Below are positions 22,986 to 33,600 of a stretch of 64,000 bases of DNA, in pieces. Numbering within the stretch: the stretch's first letter is position 1; every line of letters starts with the position of its first letter. The DNA is taken from positions 1 to 64,000 of the forward strand of contig CDRNVI010000038.1 in NCBI GenBank assembly GCA_977017575.1, written 5' to 3'. Both the position numbers and the translations under genes were made by a program. This stretch comes from Paramoeba atlantica. Lineage: Eukaryota > Protista > Discosea. The notes beneath the pieces were generated by a model. It worked only from the letters and a program-made list of their open reading frames with translations, did not search any database and had not been told where the DNA came from.

Positions 22986-23978
22986 TTGTTTTTCATGTCG
23001 CACCAGTTGTTTGGCACTCCTGGTGCCCCTGAAGGGATTGAGTCACGTATCGAACAAGTTCTAAGTACGGACCAAGTTGCGAATTTGTTGCGAGACGGAA
23101 ATGGAGTTGATCCCATGACTGAGAATGAAAAACAACAGTTCTCCAAGAAAGTTATGACTTTGCTGGAGAAGGGATTTAAGGTGCAAATACAGGCAACATG
23201 GGCCGAGCGCGGTGAAGATGTGAATCAAACTGTTGTGGGTAAAGTATACCGTAAGAAGGCGAAAAACAGTGATGAGTTTGATATTTGGGCCCTGTGGGAG
23301 GATGATCCTGACAATGAGTATGAGTTCCCCCATCCGCTGATTGACTATTTCGCACTTTCTATCGTTAAAGTTTACAAGGCGATGCCAGGTGGACAGCCGC
23401 GTGATGAGCAGCTAGCTGCGCTGGAAGGAATGCAAGTTCGTGACCCATCTAAGTTTTCTTCATTTGTTCCTTTGACGTGGGCGGCTTGGATCGACTCTCT
23501 GGATGAATTTAAGCCGCGAGAGCTTGTTCGTGAGCTGCGTGAAACTCCGGAGCTGGGAGTTCGCTTCAATCCTCCGGCACATCGTGAGCGCTTGTTTGCC
23601 ATATTGGTAAAGTGGATTTATACAGCTAGAGTGATGGAAGGATGGAAAGATGAGCAATTCATTTGTATCGCGGAAATGCTCATCGAAGAGCTTCGAAATC
23701 ATTATTGGGCAGCAGCGGGAGCTCCTGTAGAACGTGTTCAGCAGCGCCTTCACAAGGATGATGATCCTCAGGATCGTTACGGACAAATCATGACAGAGGA
23801 ACAGCTGCGTGTGAATCTCCTACCACGGGTTGTGAAAGGAGCGCATGTATGCTACAATTGTCGCCAAACTGGTCACGTTCGCGCTCAATGTCCTCGTTTG
23901 CAAAGCGGGGCACCACAACCGGTTTTTCGTGGGGGGGTGGCGAGCGGCGCCCAGACGGGCGTAAGACGCACACAATAG
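22986..23978 (+). CDS. Gag-like protein with CCHC zinc knuckle
   Basis: CYNCRQTGHVRAQC; homologous to 45327-46631. Confidence 0.85.
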   Translation: MFFMSHQLFGTPGAPEGIESRIEQVLSTDQVANLLRDGNGVDPMTENEKQQFSKKVMTLLEKGFKVQIQATWAERGEDVNQTVVGKVYRKKAKNSDEFDIWALWEDDPDNEYEFPHPLIDYFALSIVKVYKAMPGGQPRDEQLAALEGMQVRDPSKFSSFVPLTWAAWIDSLDEFKPRELVRELRETPELGVRFNPPAHRERLFAILVKWIYTARVMEGWKDEQFICIAEMLIEELRNHYWAAAGAPVERVQQRLHKDDDPQDRYGQIMTEEQLRVNLLPRVVKGAHVCYNCRQTGHVRAQCPRLQSGAPQPVFRGGVASGAQTGVRRTQ

Positions 23979-26845
23979 GATTTGTGCCCCACCCCGACAA
24001 ATGCTCGTGCCCGACCGTTGAGGATACGGCGGGTGAACTTACCAGGCTCTTCTCCGAATTCATCTTTATTCTTGCGAATGGAAAGTGCAAGTGCAGTGGA
24101 AAGAACGGATTTACCGAGACTTCAAATTCGGAGGGGAAAACACGTGTTCGGAACGGCAGCGCCTTTGGCAAGGGAACAAACGAGATCAAACCTTTTATGC
24201 GATATACTCGGACTCAACCCAAAGGATCCGCACGGTCAGATCGTTCGGAAAGCAATCGAGCCCATGTGGGCAACAAGTACGTGGGGAACGAGGGAGAGGC
24301 TGTGGCTCCGGATGCAAGACTTTTGTGCACAACGTCACCTATCTCAAAACGCGCTCAGTGCGGTCAGGTTCGTAGACTCATTGAAACTGGCGACGTCGAC
24401 ACGACTGGCCTACGCAAGGAATCTGCAGACTCTTATTACGCTCATGGGAGCCGAAGCAACCCCATTGAAGATGTACGGAAAGGCGTTGCAAGCGCAAGGC
24501 GGACTAGAACCACAGAGACAAATGCTTGCAATTACTCCCGTCCTTCTAAGACAGTTGAGAAGAAGTCTAACAACATCCGAGAGCATGACGGCTCTTTTGT
24601 GCTGGAAAACGGCAGCTCGTTGGACGGAAACGGCGGAACTCTCGACAGAACAGATATTAAAGGTTACTCCCGAAGAGGTGGTGATTTACTGGGGAAGAGC
24701 AACGAAGTCAACGAGAATGAACCCCTTTCGACCGTATATGTACGCGATTGTGACGGGCCCCGGAACTGCCGAGTTAGCGGACTACATGAGACGAATACCC
24801 CAAGGGTGCAGAATGTGCTACACGGAGGTATCTCGAATGGACAGCAAAATACGCGAAATCTTGGGAAATGGCTATGGGACGCATTCAATAAAAAGGGGCG
24901 CAATCACGTGGCTGTTCCAGGAAGTGGCTCAAGGGAATCTAACGATATCAGAAGTTCAGAACATGACCAAGCATTTAAATGTCGAAAGTCTGTTAAGATA
25001 CAATGCAAACCAAGTAACGACGGCCAGAGCGCTCGGAACGCATCGTGTATCGGCGAGACTCCCGGCATGACAGCTGAACTGTTGGAGCAAGTTTACTCTG
25101 AGGTACCGTACTTGAAACGGCACTCGATTACTTGCGCGCGGCGCTCGTCTAAGCTGGCCACGGCAAAAGATTTTGAGATACCATTACACGTGAAAATGAA
25201 TACACCTCTAATGGATCTAAAGGTAGTGAAAGGATGGATGGACTTGCCAACCAAGATGCGCTTTCAAAATGTTATGGACGAACTTCTACACGTTCCTGAA
25301 ATAGCTGAAAAAGAGCCGAAAGGACTCAATTCTCTACCTGTGTCCGATATTGCGCTTCTTTTGAAGGCCGGTATCATTTCTCAAGTTTCTTCTGATGAAT
25401 TAGAGCGTCGTCCTACAGCTCAATTTATCATCCCGTTTACTGTAGTGGAACAAGACGAATTTGGTCACGATCGGAGGAGATTTATATCTTGGTCGCGCGG
25501 GGATAATGACCGGTTGAAAGATTATGTCCCTGATGTTCCCCTGCTTCATCCTAGTAAATATTTGCATCGAGTTGACGACGCTATAGGAGTGAAAAGAGAT
25601 TTAAGCTGTGGATTCTATCAAGTACCACTTCCTCTAGCTGCGCGTTGTAAATTTCGCTTTTCATCAAAAGGCCGTACTTATGAAATGAACGTTCTTCCGA
25701 TGGGGCATAGGTGTGCCCCAGAAATCATGCATACGATAACTTCCGCCCTTGGGGGACTTATCACAGTGTGTAGCGCTAAATCTGCTTTTACACGAGGAGC
25801 TATGGATGTGTACGTTGATGGAGTTCGGTTTTCGGGAACTGTGGAACAAGCGCAGGAGTACGCACGCTTTGTGGATAAACGGTGCGATGAGATGGGAGGA
25901 AAATTCAAGGAGAAAGGTCATGAGCCGACACAGCACTATGTATTTAATGGAGTTCATTACGATCACGTCAATCACAAGGTCAGCCTGGGACCACGTGTGG
26001 TGCGTAAGTTGCAGAATGACAGATTTTACTCGTTAAGCTTCAAAGATCTTGAGGCGGCGGTGGGGCGCCTTCTGTACGCATCTGCTGTGCTTGGTATAGT
26101 CATTCCGCGATTTCATTTCGCTGTCAAGATTGTTCAGTGACGAATTAATTTGTTGAATCGATGTCCGTGGATAGGTAATAAGTCTGTTGACCTTCCACGA
26201 AAAACACGTATTATTTCGGCACAATGGAGGGATGAGGTAGTATTAAATACTCCGATTAAAGCTCCACTTCATCCAGATTTCGTTCCTCACAAACATCGTC
26301 TTTACACAGATGCTTCTCGCAAAGGGTGGGGAGGGATTCTGTATCTGGATACAGGAGAGGTTTTGATAACAGGCAAGCCTTGGGAAGCCGGAACAACGTA
26401 TGAAGTAAACAATGCTGAAGCTACGGCTGTAAGGTTGGCTCTTGAAGAATTCGGTGAGCATTTTGAAAGCGGAACGTGCCTGGATCTTTTTGTGGACAAC
26501 ACTTCATGTAAAGAGGCACTGAATAGGAAAACTTCTAAGTTGGACAATATTGCACGTCAATTGCGCATGGTTTTAGAGGAAGCGAAAAGGAAAGGGATAT
26601 GCATTCAGGCACGTTACATGGCCTCGTCAGAGAATCCAGCAGACCCGATTAGCAGGAAATTTTGGCCTGGGCTTTGGAGAAGTTCCCCAAGGAATATCAC
26701 GAGTGCTCGGGTAGTGTTAAATGTGACTAGTGATCGGGTTGGTTGGCTGCGGGTTGCGCGGACGGGCATTCCCGTTCACAACGTTATTAGTTTATTTGGT
26801 ACTCTTTTAGCATTGATTATGATAGGTTATGACGATCTCACTTAG
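23849..26845 (+). CDS. Reverse transcriptase-RNase H (DIRS type), frame open across the whole YR gene; one TGA at 26138
   Basis: RDLSCGFYQ, LPMGHRCAP, YVDG and RNase H YTDAS...NNAEA...VDN...NPAD. The paralog has Arg at the TGA position. Confidence 0.85.
23982..25070 (+). CDS. Tyrosine recombinase (DIRS/VIPER type)
   Basis: AARWTE, HSIKRGA and KHLNVESLLRY supply the R..H-x-x-R..H..Y signature. Confidence 0.9.
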   Translation: MCPTPTNARARPLRIRRVNLPGSSPNSSLFLRMESASAVERTDLPRLQIRRGKHVFGTAAPLAREQTRSNLLCDILGLNPKDPHGQIVRKAIEPMWATSTWGTRERLWLRMQDFCAQRHLSQNALSAVRFVDSLKLATSTRLAYARNLQTLITLMGAEATPLKMYGKALQAQGGLEPQRQMLAITPVLLRQLRRSLTTSESMTALLCWKTAARWTETAELSTEQILKVTPEEVVIYWGRATKSTRMNPFRPYMYAIVTGPGTAELADYMRRIPQGCRMCYTEVSRMDSKIREILGNGYGTHSIKRGAITWLFQEVAQGNLTISEVQNMTKHLNVESLLRYNANQVTTARALGTHRVSARLPA

Positions 26846-27474
26846 TCTCTTGGGTTTATTTCCATAAATACACTACAGGAAAGATATATCTTCGTAAGAT
26901 CATTGAGAAATCAGCAGTCTTCAAATTTCTTATTATTGCTTCCATATATTTTTATATACTAGTTCTACTAGATGTTTTATGAGCAGCCCGACCTGGATTT
27001 CACACCAAACTAGACACCTCTACCCCCAACAGCGCAAACAAACACCACAACCTCGCCATGCAGCACACCATTGTATTCCACCTCATTCCGCCTGTTTCTC
27101 CATCACACCTTTCAATTTACTCGGCGACACTCGATGCTCCACGATTTTGTGGGCGGGTGATCTGTTCGCTCGTTTCGTATTCACGTTCCCAAATGCACCT
27201 CTCTCAGGTAAAGGGTGTTTTCTGTGGGCTGTCCCGGCGAAAATTGCACTGAAAGGCCTGCGAATGCAGCTTCTGTGGGTAAAACCGCCTCGAGATTCAG
27301 AACAACGTCTTTTATGCGGAGCGTGCGTTCCCACGACGGGTGCCGCGCCGCTGGGCATCCCACCTTTTCAAAAAAAATCCGCGCGGAATAGAAGAAGAAG
27401 AGAGAAGAAGAGCGGTGCGGGCGTAGTTGTTATCCCGCGCTGAATATGATTTGACAACGCTTGTGGAAGGAAAA

Positions 27475-27555
27475 CGCGCCCAGTATGGTTTGAACCTGCG
27501 CGTGAGAACACACCTGATTTCAAGTCAGGCCCCTTAACCACTTGGGTATAGACGC
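27475..27555 (-). tRNA. trnS: tRNA-Ser(TGA), copy 2; T-stem disrupted (probable pseudo-tRNA)
   Basis: Same as copy 1 with intact D-loop GG, but the T-stem 3' strand reads CATAC instead of CCTGC. Confidence 0.7.
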
Positions 27556-27855
27556 CTTCCGAGTCTCTACCACAAGGAACTGATCAAGATCGAGTGAACA
27601 GTTTTCCACCATTCTCTCCAGCTAAGAATTCGTCCGTATGAATCTAATCGTGCTTGATTTATTTTCATCTCTCCGATGCCATTCTGCACCTCCCAGCGGG
27701 ACAAGATTCGAGAAGCCGCCGTTCGGATTGATTGATTTTTTAGGCAATATATCTCCGAGGAGATGTTACCTCCCTAGGACAAGCCCCCCCTTATCGCTTG
27801 CTAGGAGCTGTGCCACGCAGCACGCAAGTCAAATCCGAAGATTTGACCAGATCGA

Positions 27856-30800
27856 CATAGCTGTCATTCGACGTCGAAAATTGCAATTCGACGTCTTCGA
27901 ATGCCTTTCGACGTCGAAAAAATGGGTCTTTCGACGTCGAACGAAGGAAAAAAAATGGGGGATTCTTGTGTTCATGTGCAGCACTTGAAAAAATGTTTCG
28001 ATCGACGGATTCTTTTCACTACAGTAATTTGCTATGGTATTCGGACGAATAGATGACTACCAGAGAATAAGAAAGTAGCAACATATGGTTGTCGTCAGGT
28101 TGTTCGTCAGACCGCTAGGAAGTTCTAACCGTGTTAAATGCGTCACCTTTTATTTGAAACATGTTCAAATACGTAATTAATGAAGTTTAATAAAAAGATA
28201 CGGAAAATTATGACTGTACTAGTCATTATCATAGTATAAGCTTATGACGTTTACTGTTGCCGTATAGCTAAGCACAAAATATCTCGCGTTGCAATAATAC
28301 AAGAAAAATTTAAGTGTGGGGAAAAAGTTTAGCCTTAATGGTCCTGAAGTATGAGACAAAACATGGAAAAAACCCCAGAAAATATCAGTTTCCGAACAAT
28401 ACATGAAACATCCATACATAAATAATTATACAGTAATACAATATAACAATATTATAATGGGTTATGAATTTATGACGTATCAGAAAAAAAGCAGACTCGC
28501 ATCAGGAGCCATTAAGTAATTCGGAAGCTTGAAAGAAGTTACACCGAATCCCCATTTCCCGCTGATCCTAACTGTTCCAAATTGTCAAGATACCCGAGTT
28601 TGTCGTAGTTCCCCCGTAACAGCATAGAGTTTTGTACTGTTTGAGTGCCCATGGATGATTGACGGGAGTTGTACTTGGTGTTCATAACCGACATCCAAGA
28701 ATCACATTTCGTCACTAAAGGGGGTACCCATAAATAATGTATCGCCGCTTGATGTATACCTGGGTATTTGTAGACTCCAACTGTTTGCCACCAATGCAAT
28801 TCGCACTTGTGCACTCGCGAATCCCATTCGTAGTCGACGCAATTCACATATTCATTCCATTCATTTTCCGTAATTTGAAAAATGGGAGAACCGCCTCGAA
28901 AAAGGTCGTTAGCACGACTGAAATGAATTGGTTCGAGACCGGCTTTCCGGGCGCGTAGTGCAATGAAATCCGGTGCAAACCACATGACGTCTTCCCAATA
29001 TTTCATATTGTGATGAACTGAAAGTCGATTTATGTGATGCTTGAGGGCACATTCAAAAGCTTCACTGCAGCTTCCCACCCGACTAGCCTTCCGTAATCTT
29101 TCTAAAGTTGGCCAAACTCCCGTTGCTAAAGGCGTACCGTCTAAATCCGAAAATTTTTGTAACGCTTTCTGGATAGGAGCTAGTTCTTCAAGAAAATATT
29201 TTGCGGAAGTCGCCAGGTTATCTACCCCTTCCCGAGCAATAAGATCCGCACACTTACGTACAGACTGACAAACTCGGGGGTTTTCCAGTTCTTGCTTCAG
29301 GAACGCGACAACAGTAGGTAACTGAGTAGAAAAGAAGGAAATGCTGCTGAACTTATCATGGCACCAGCGAGTAACTCCCCCTAACTTAGGAGCCGTAATG
29401 CCGTGTACATCCTTTGCTCTACGAACAGCTTCAATTACTTGAGGTCCATACAATGAAAGTGCGTCACGACAGCGAGGAATATTTTCATGCTGAGCGTTCA
29501 GTTCCGCCAAAATTATATCAGCTTCATCGGGCGCATATTGTTTCAAAATTTGTACGCTGCTGCGAAGCTGACACACCAGCTCTGTCTGATATTCATCGTC
29601 CAGTTTATTGCTAGACAGCCCCCCATACCATTGAGTGAAAAATTGTTCCGCTTTGTTAGTTTCTTCGTCGAAAGATCCAAGAAGAACGTCTAGGGCCACA
29701 CCACGATACCGCCCCTTCTTCGTACAGATCTTGTCATGTCCATAAAATGTTTGTCTGAAGAGCTTTTTAAGTTCAAAAAAGGGTGTTTCCTGAAAGGGTT
29801 TCATCGCATCCATCGCGAGGTTATTGAGAAAATGACCAAAGCAAGATAGTAAGGAGACGTGTGGCATCATGTCCACGGCCCGGTTTCCGAAGTTTATCCA
29901 GTCCGACTCCCCAACTCTTTGAACGCGATCATATATTCTTTTTAATTCTCCTTCTGCCTCATCACGGGCCACGTGGTTAACGGCACAGCCATCCACCATT
30001 AAAAACCTCATTTTTCGTACCAGCGTAATGCCGAGAATAGAATTCAATGTATTAACCAAACTCTCAGCTGTTTCTTTGCCGTTGAATGCCTTCCGCTTCG
30101 GATGATACATGGGTGGTAATAGATATTGCTCATCTGAAACATACACCACCCCTACTAATACGTGCTCGTTGAGCACGGAATCAACCCCAGCATCCACAGC
30201 TACCCCGAAGAAAGGATGAATATCGATTTTTGAAATCATTTTTTCCCATATTTCGTTGGCCAAGCCTTTCTCCCAATCACGCATGACCCTGTGATTGTTG
30301 CCGAGTGCATTGAGAATTTCTTCAGTATTTGCTCGCTTGGGGCGTAATTCTTCATAGTTACGAAGTAAAGCGTGTGCAGCTTTGCATGACAAGTTCGTCT
30401 TTTCCACAAGACAGGGAACGCAGCGACGAACAAAAACATTTACACTCATTGAATTGTCGTTCGGGGTCAGTGAAAAAAGTTCCGGTTCGTTTGCGATTCT
30501 CTGTCCCTCGCGCACTAAACAAGTGTGATTGATATGGTGATAGTAATGGTTGTTATGGAGCGAATGACTCCACCACGGACAGTCGCGACACTTTATGTGA
30601 GTCCGCTGGCCCATGGTATTCACGAGATGGGGCCGAGGATATTTCTCGGCGTATTCGCGACACTCTTTGTTTTTCTTCTCCAAATCTTTCGTTCTACCAG
30701 GCGGGGTATCCATTCCCAAGCAGCGTTCACGAAAGAATTTTGTCGAAATACGGGGAAACCGCATTGGGTCCTGTACAAGCTGTTTTCGAACTACTTGCCT

Positions 30801-31345
30801 TACAGAGCTTGCCTGTTGTGATGGAGAGGACGACATTTCCTCTTCAAGCCTCGCGGTACACTCTCGTCGTACTGAGACAGGAACATAACTCCCTGACGGA
30901 ACGTTATCGGAAATTTCAAATCTGCTCTGGGTAGGACCATCTGCTGCTTCCGTGGAAGCATCTCGCTGCATGGCAGTTCTATTCTTCTTCGCCGAATTGG
31001 TTCTCTTGGCACGAACCGAAGTAACTGAAGGAGTAGTAGATGAAACAGATTCGGAAGAATTTGCTTCAGCTAAAGTTGGCACGATTGCATCTGATGAAAG
31101 AGCTGGGGGAGAAGGTATGCGGATAGGAATCATGCGCCCTCTTCCTCGAACAGAGGTGTGCATTGTGAAAAAAGAAGTAAATTAACACAAAAAAGTAGAA
31201 GACTGGTTGCAAATACATTTTTTAAACATTTTATAAACATATATTCTGTTGAAAAAAATTCTTTCAGAAACCACACAAGCACTCAAAATGTTTCGACCTT
31301 TCGACCGTCGAACGACGTCGAATTCGACGTCGAATGACAGCTATG
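27856..31345 (-). mobile_element. hAT-superfamily DNA transposon
   Basis: 23-bp TIR CATAGCTGTCATTCGACGTCGAA; TCGACGTCGA subterminal palindromes; GATCGA on both flanks. Confidence 0.85.
28539..31163 (-). CDS. hAT-like transposase, 874 aa
   Basis: BED-like CRDC..HH, VDAGVD, MVDGCAVN, SCFGHFLNNL, VTRW and C-terminal WW...YP...A..YL.VP dimerisation motif. Confidence 0.82.
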   Translation of the reverse strand: MHTSVRGRGRMIPIRIPSPPALSSDAIVPTLAEANSSESVSSTTPSVTSVRAKRTNSAKKNRTAMQRDASTEAADGPTQSRFEISDNVPSGSYVPVSVRRECTARLEEEMSSSPSQQASSVRQVVRKQLVQDPMRFPRISTKFFRERCLGMDTPPGRTKDLEKKNKECREYAEKYPRPHLVNTMGQRTHIKCRDCPWWSHSLHNNHYYHHINHTCLVREGQRIANEPELFSLTPNDNSMSVNVFVRRCVPCLVEKTNLSCKAAHALLRNYEELRPKRANTEEILNALGNNHRVMRDWEKGLANEIWEKMISKIDIHPFFGVAVDAGVDSVLNEHVLVGVVYVSDEQYLLPPMYHPKRKAFNGKETAESLVNTLNSILGITLVRKMRFLMVDGCAVNHVARDEAEGELKRIYDRVQRVGESDWINFGNRAVDMMPHVSLLSCFGHFLNNLAMDAMKPFQETPFFELKKLFRQTFYGHDKICTKKGRYRGVALDVLLGSFDEETNKAEQFFTQWYGGLSSNKLDDEYQTELVCQLRSSVQILKQYAPDEADIILAELNAQHENIPRCRDALSLYGPQVIEAVRRAKDVHGITAPKLGGVTRWCHDKFSSISFFSTQLPTVVAFLKQELENPRVCQSVRKCADLIAREGVDNLATSAKYFLEELAPIQKALQKFSDLDGTPLATGVWPTLERLRKASRVGSCSEAFECALKHHINRLSVHHNMKYWEDVMWFAPDFIALRARKAGLEPIHFSRANDLFRGGSPIFQITENEWNEYVNCVDYEWDSRVHKCELHWWQTVGVYKYPGIHQAAIHYLWVPPLVTKCDSWMSVMNTKYNSRQSSMGTQTVQNSMLLRGNYDKLGYLDNLEQLGSAGNGDSV

Positions 31346-31667
31346 GATCGAGCGCGAGCAGCCAGCTTATCTTTTTTAACCCCTTTTATATGCTACAAGA
31401 AAATATTCTTTATGAAACAACACTTCTTTTGAAGTGTTCGGATAGCCGACAGCCTCGCACGACTTCCTGGCTCCAAAGCGCAATCCACAACACCCCAAAT
31501 CGAACGTCATTTTTAGAACAAAAAACTGAAAAGCGTGTCAAATGCCAAACGAAAAAGGAGATGAGTGCATGTGTGTTTCTCGAGCGTTGTGGCTTTGATG
31601 CTCACATGCTGATTCAAACAGCGCAGCACATGTGTCACTGTCTGTGAACATTCATCTCAGGGCAAGT

Positions 31668-32812
31668 TATGTTATGTTATGTATTCAGGTAAAAACCCCG
31701 TAGACGGGGTGTTGCCTCCTCGAAGAGAGCCGAAGGTAGCTCCGACCCGCACGACGCATGCGCAGACCTAAAAGGATGGCAGCACAGAGACAATGCAAGC
31801 CGATCGAGCTAACGCGCAGACTGAAAGTCTACTGCGGGAATCTGGATTAGCTAGGAGGGTGGGGTTCGCCACACCCCGACACTGCCAAAAGCAGTGCTCC
31901 TTGACCCCTTGCCTGCTTGCTGGCATAGTTTGGGAGTGTCGACTCTCAGCTTCAACGGTTTTAGCACCTCAGCTTCAACGGACCAAGTCTTCTAGGGTGG
32001 TATCCCCTCGAGCGGACTGGCTCCTCAGCTTCAACAGGCCAAACCTCAGCTTCAACAAGCTCGTATCTCTCCAAATTGTTACCCTAGCCCCGTTATCATG
32101 GGCTAGTTGCAAGCCGCAGAAAGAAAGAAAAAAGAAAAGAAAAGCGTGAATGACGCCTACCCTAGTTTTTTAGTACCTTGTTATATTCGGTACCGGGCGG
32201 CGCCATTCTTCGAGATGCAGCGTGAGGGGGTGGCAGAGGGGATGAAGGGAAAGAGTGGGAAGGGAAAGAGTGGCGCAGGTGGGAGCAGGGAGGGAGGGGG
32301 GATGGGCGGCGAAGGGGACAGCGCAGTGGGTGGGGGGCGAAAAGCGGCGCGGCAGAGCGACGCAGGGGGCAACAGAGGGCGACCAAGGGGGTGGCGAGGG
32401 GAGGGCGAAGGCAACGAAGAAAAAAAAACAGCGGCGGAGAGCGCGGGAGGAGAGCGCCAGAGGGGAAGGGCGACGGAGAGCGTGGCGTGGAGCGCGGAGG
32501 GGGGCACGGGAGGGAGCAAAAAAAAAACAGCGAGGGAGAGCGCGGCGAGGAGAGCACCGGAGCGGGAGGGCGGCCGAGATCGTGGCGCGGAGGGGGGCGA
32601 AAAAGGGCCGCGAAGGAGCGCGGGAATTGAGGCAGGGTGAGCGAAGGGAGCAGCGAAGTGGAGGGCGCAGGGTGAAGGGGGCGACGTCGGCCACAAAGGG
32701 GCGGTGATAATTTATATGATACGAGGGGGTTTTCCTCTGGGAGGGGGGTGGGTTGAAGGGGCGCATGGGGTGTATGTTTTTAGTAATTAATACAACAAGG
32801 TACAACAAGGTA
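31668..32812 (-). mobile_element. Non-autonomous retroposon with (CATAA)n tail and SL-like 5' remnant
   Basis: 10-bp TSD CAGGGCAAGT (31658-67 and 32813-22); uninterrupted site at ~22614-22623; 5' end TACCTTGTTGTACCTTGTTG. Confidence 0.8.
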
Positions 32813-33182
32813 CAGGGCAAGTATCGTACAATACTCCATAATGAAACAGACACCATCCCCTACAACGTAGACACATCTACTCTCCAAACGCCACAACAAG
32901 CACACCCGACGCACCACGCAGCGCACCATTGTATCCCCCCCACCGTATGCTTACTCCGGAAAATATGATTTTCACAGAAACATCCAATGCGATAACAAAT
33001 TCACACCAAACTTTTTTTTTACAAAATTTATTTATGTGCCACGAAGGGCCATTATGTCAATCATCCTAAATGGGAAAGGGGGTAGCAAGCCCTGGGAAGG
33101 GGGTAGCAAGACAATGAAGGTCGGTGACCTGAGACTCTACCCTAACGGTTGGCGCTGCAGAGCCCTCCGTGTCTTCTTCTTC

Positions 33183-33600
33183 GAAATCCACGGCGAGGGC
33201 TCACAGCAGCATCAAGTAAAGTTAAAATGATATAAAAATAGATATACTCATCAAGAAATAAGACTCTGAAAATAGTTCGCATTACTCAGCCCTGAAATAT
33301 GAGTTCACCTAAATATTTCCAAAATGAATGAAAAAAGGCCTTGCGCGCTATAACGTAAATATTAAATACTAGTAGTACGAAGTGAAGGGGCTCAGCCCCC
33401 CACACCCCGCAGCCGAGGCTGGGGGTTGGTGGGTGGGCCTCGAAACTCGTAGTACAGCTACAAAGGAAATAAAGTCTACTAAATATGTTGATGTTTCAAA
33501 GTCATAAACTGAAGAATATGAGAAAGAAGAAACTAATAATACATGTGCCCCGAAGGGCCATATCATAAGTTCATATATTTATGTGCCCCGAAGGGCCAGG
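33183..33600 (-). mobile_element. Isolated 3' terminus of a VIPER-like element
   Basis: Ends CCCTCGCCGTGGATTTC like 63655 and 39697; shares the GC-rich block at 33379-33445 with 63894-63960. Confidence 0.5.

Larger units (their letters stand above)
22806..27001 (+). mobile_element. VIPER-like tyrosine-recombinase retrotransposon, copy 1 (gag, YR, RT-RNase H)
   Basis: Gene order matches VIPER. The empty site AAATTC|ACACCAAAC is seen at 33002. Filled site reads AAATTC|TATAAG...GGATTTC|ACACCAAAC, with shared TTC and no TSD. Confidence 0.88.
27729..31435 (-). mobile_element. Short (~210 bp net) retroposon-like insert in repeat R, itself hosting the hAT element
   Basis: GTTCGGAT duplicated at 27721-27728 and 31436-31443; (TGAT)n simple repeat at the left end. 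Confidence 0.6.

Noticed and set aside
23849-23920. ATG at 23849 as the true RT start
   Set aside because: It is not conserved (GTG in copy 2) and lies inside the Gag zinc-knuckle coding sequence.
31760-31860. HDV-like or hammerhead ribozyme, or group I intron core
   Set aside because: The helix order does not fit the HDV double pseudoknot, there is no CUGANGA/GAAA core, and only a P-like fragment of group I consensus is present.
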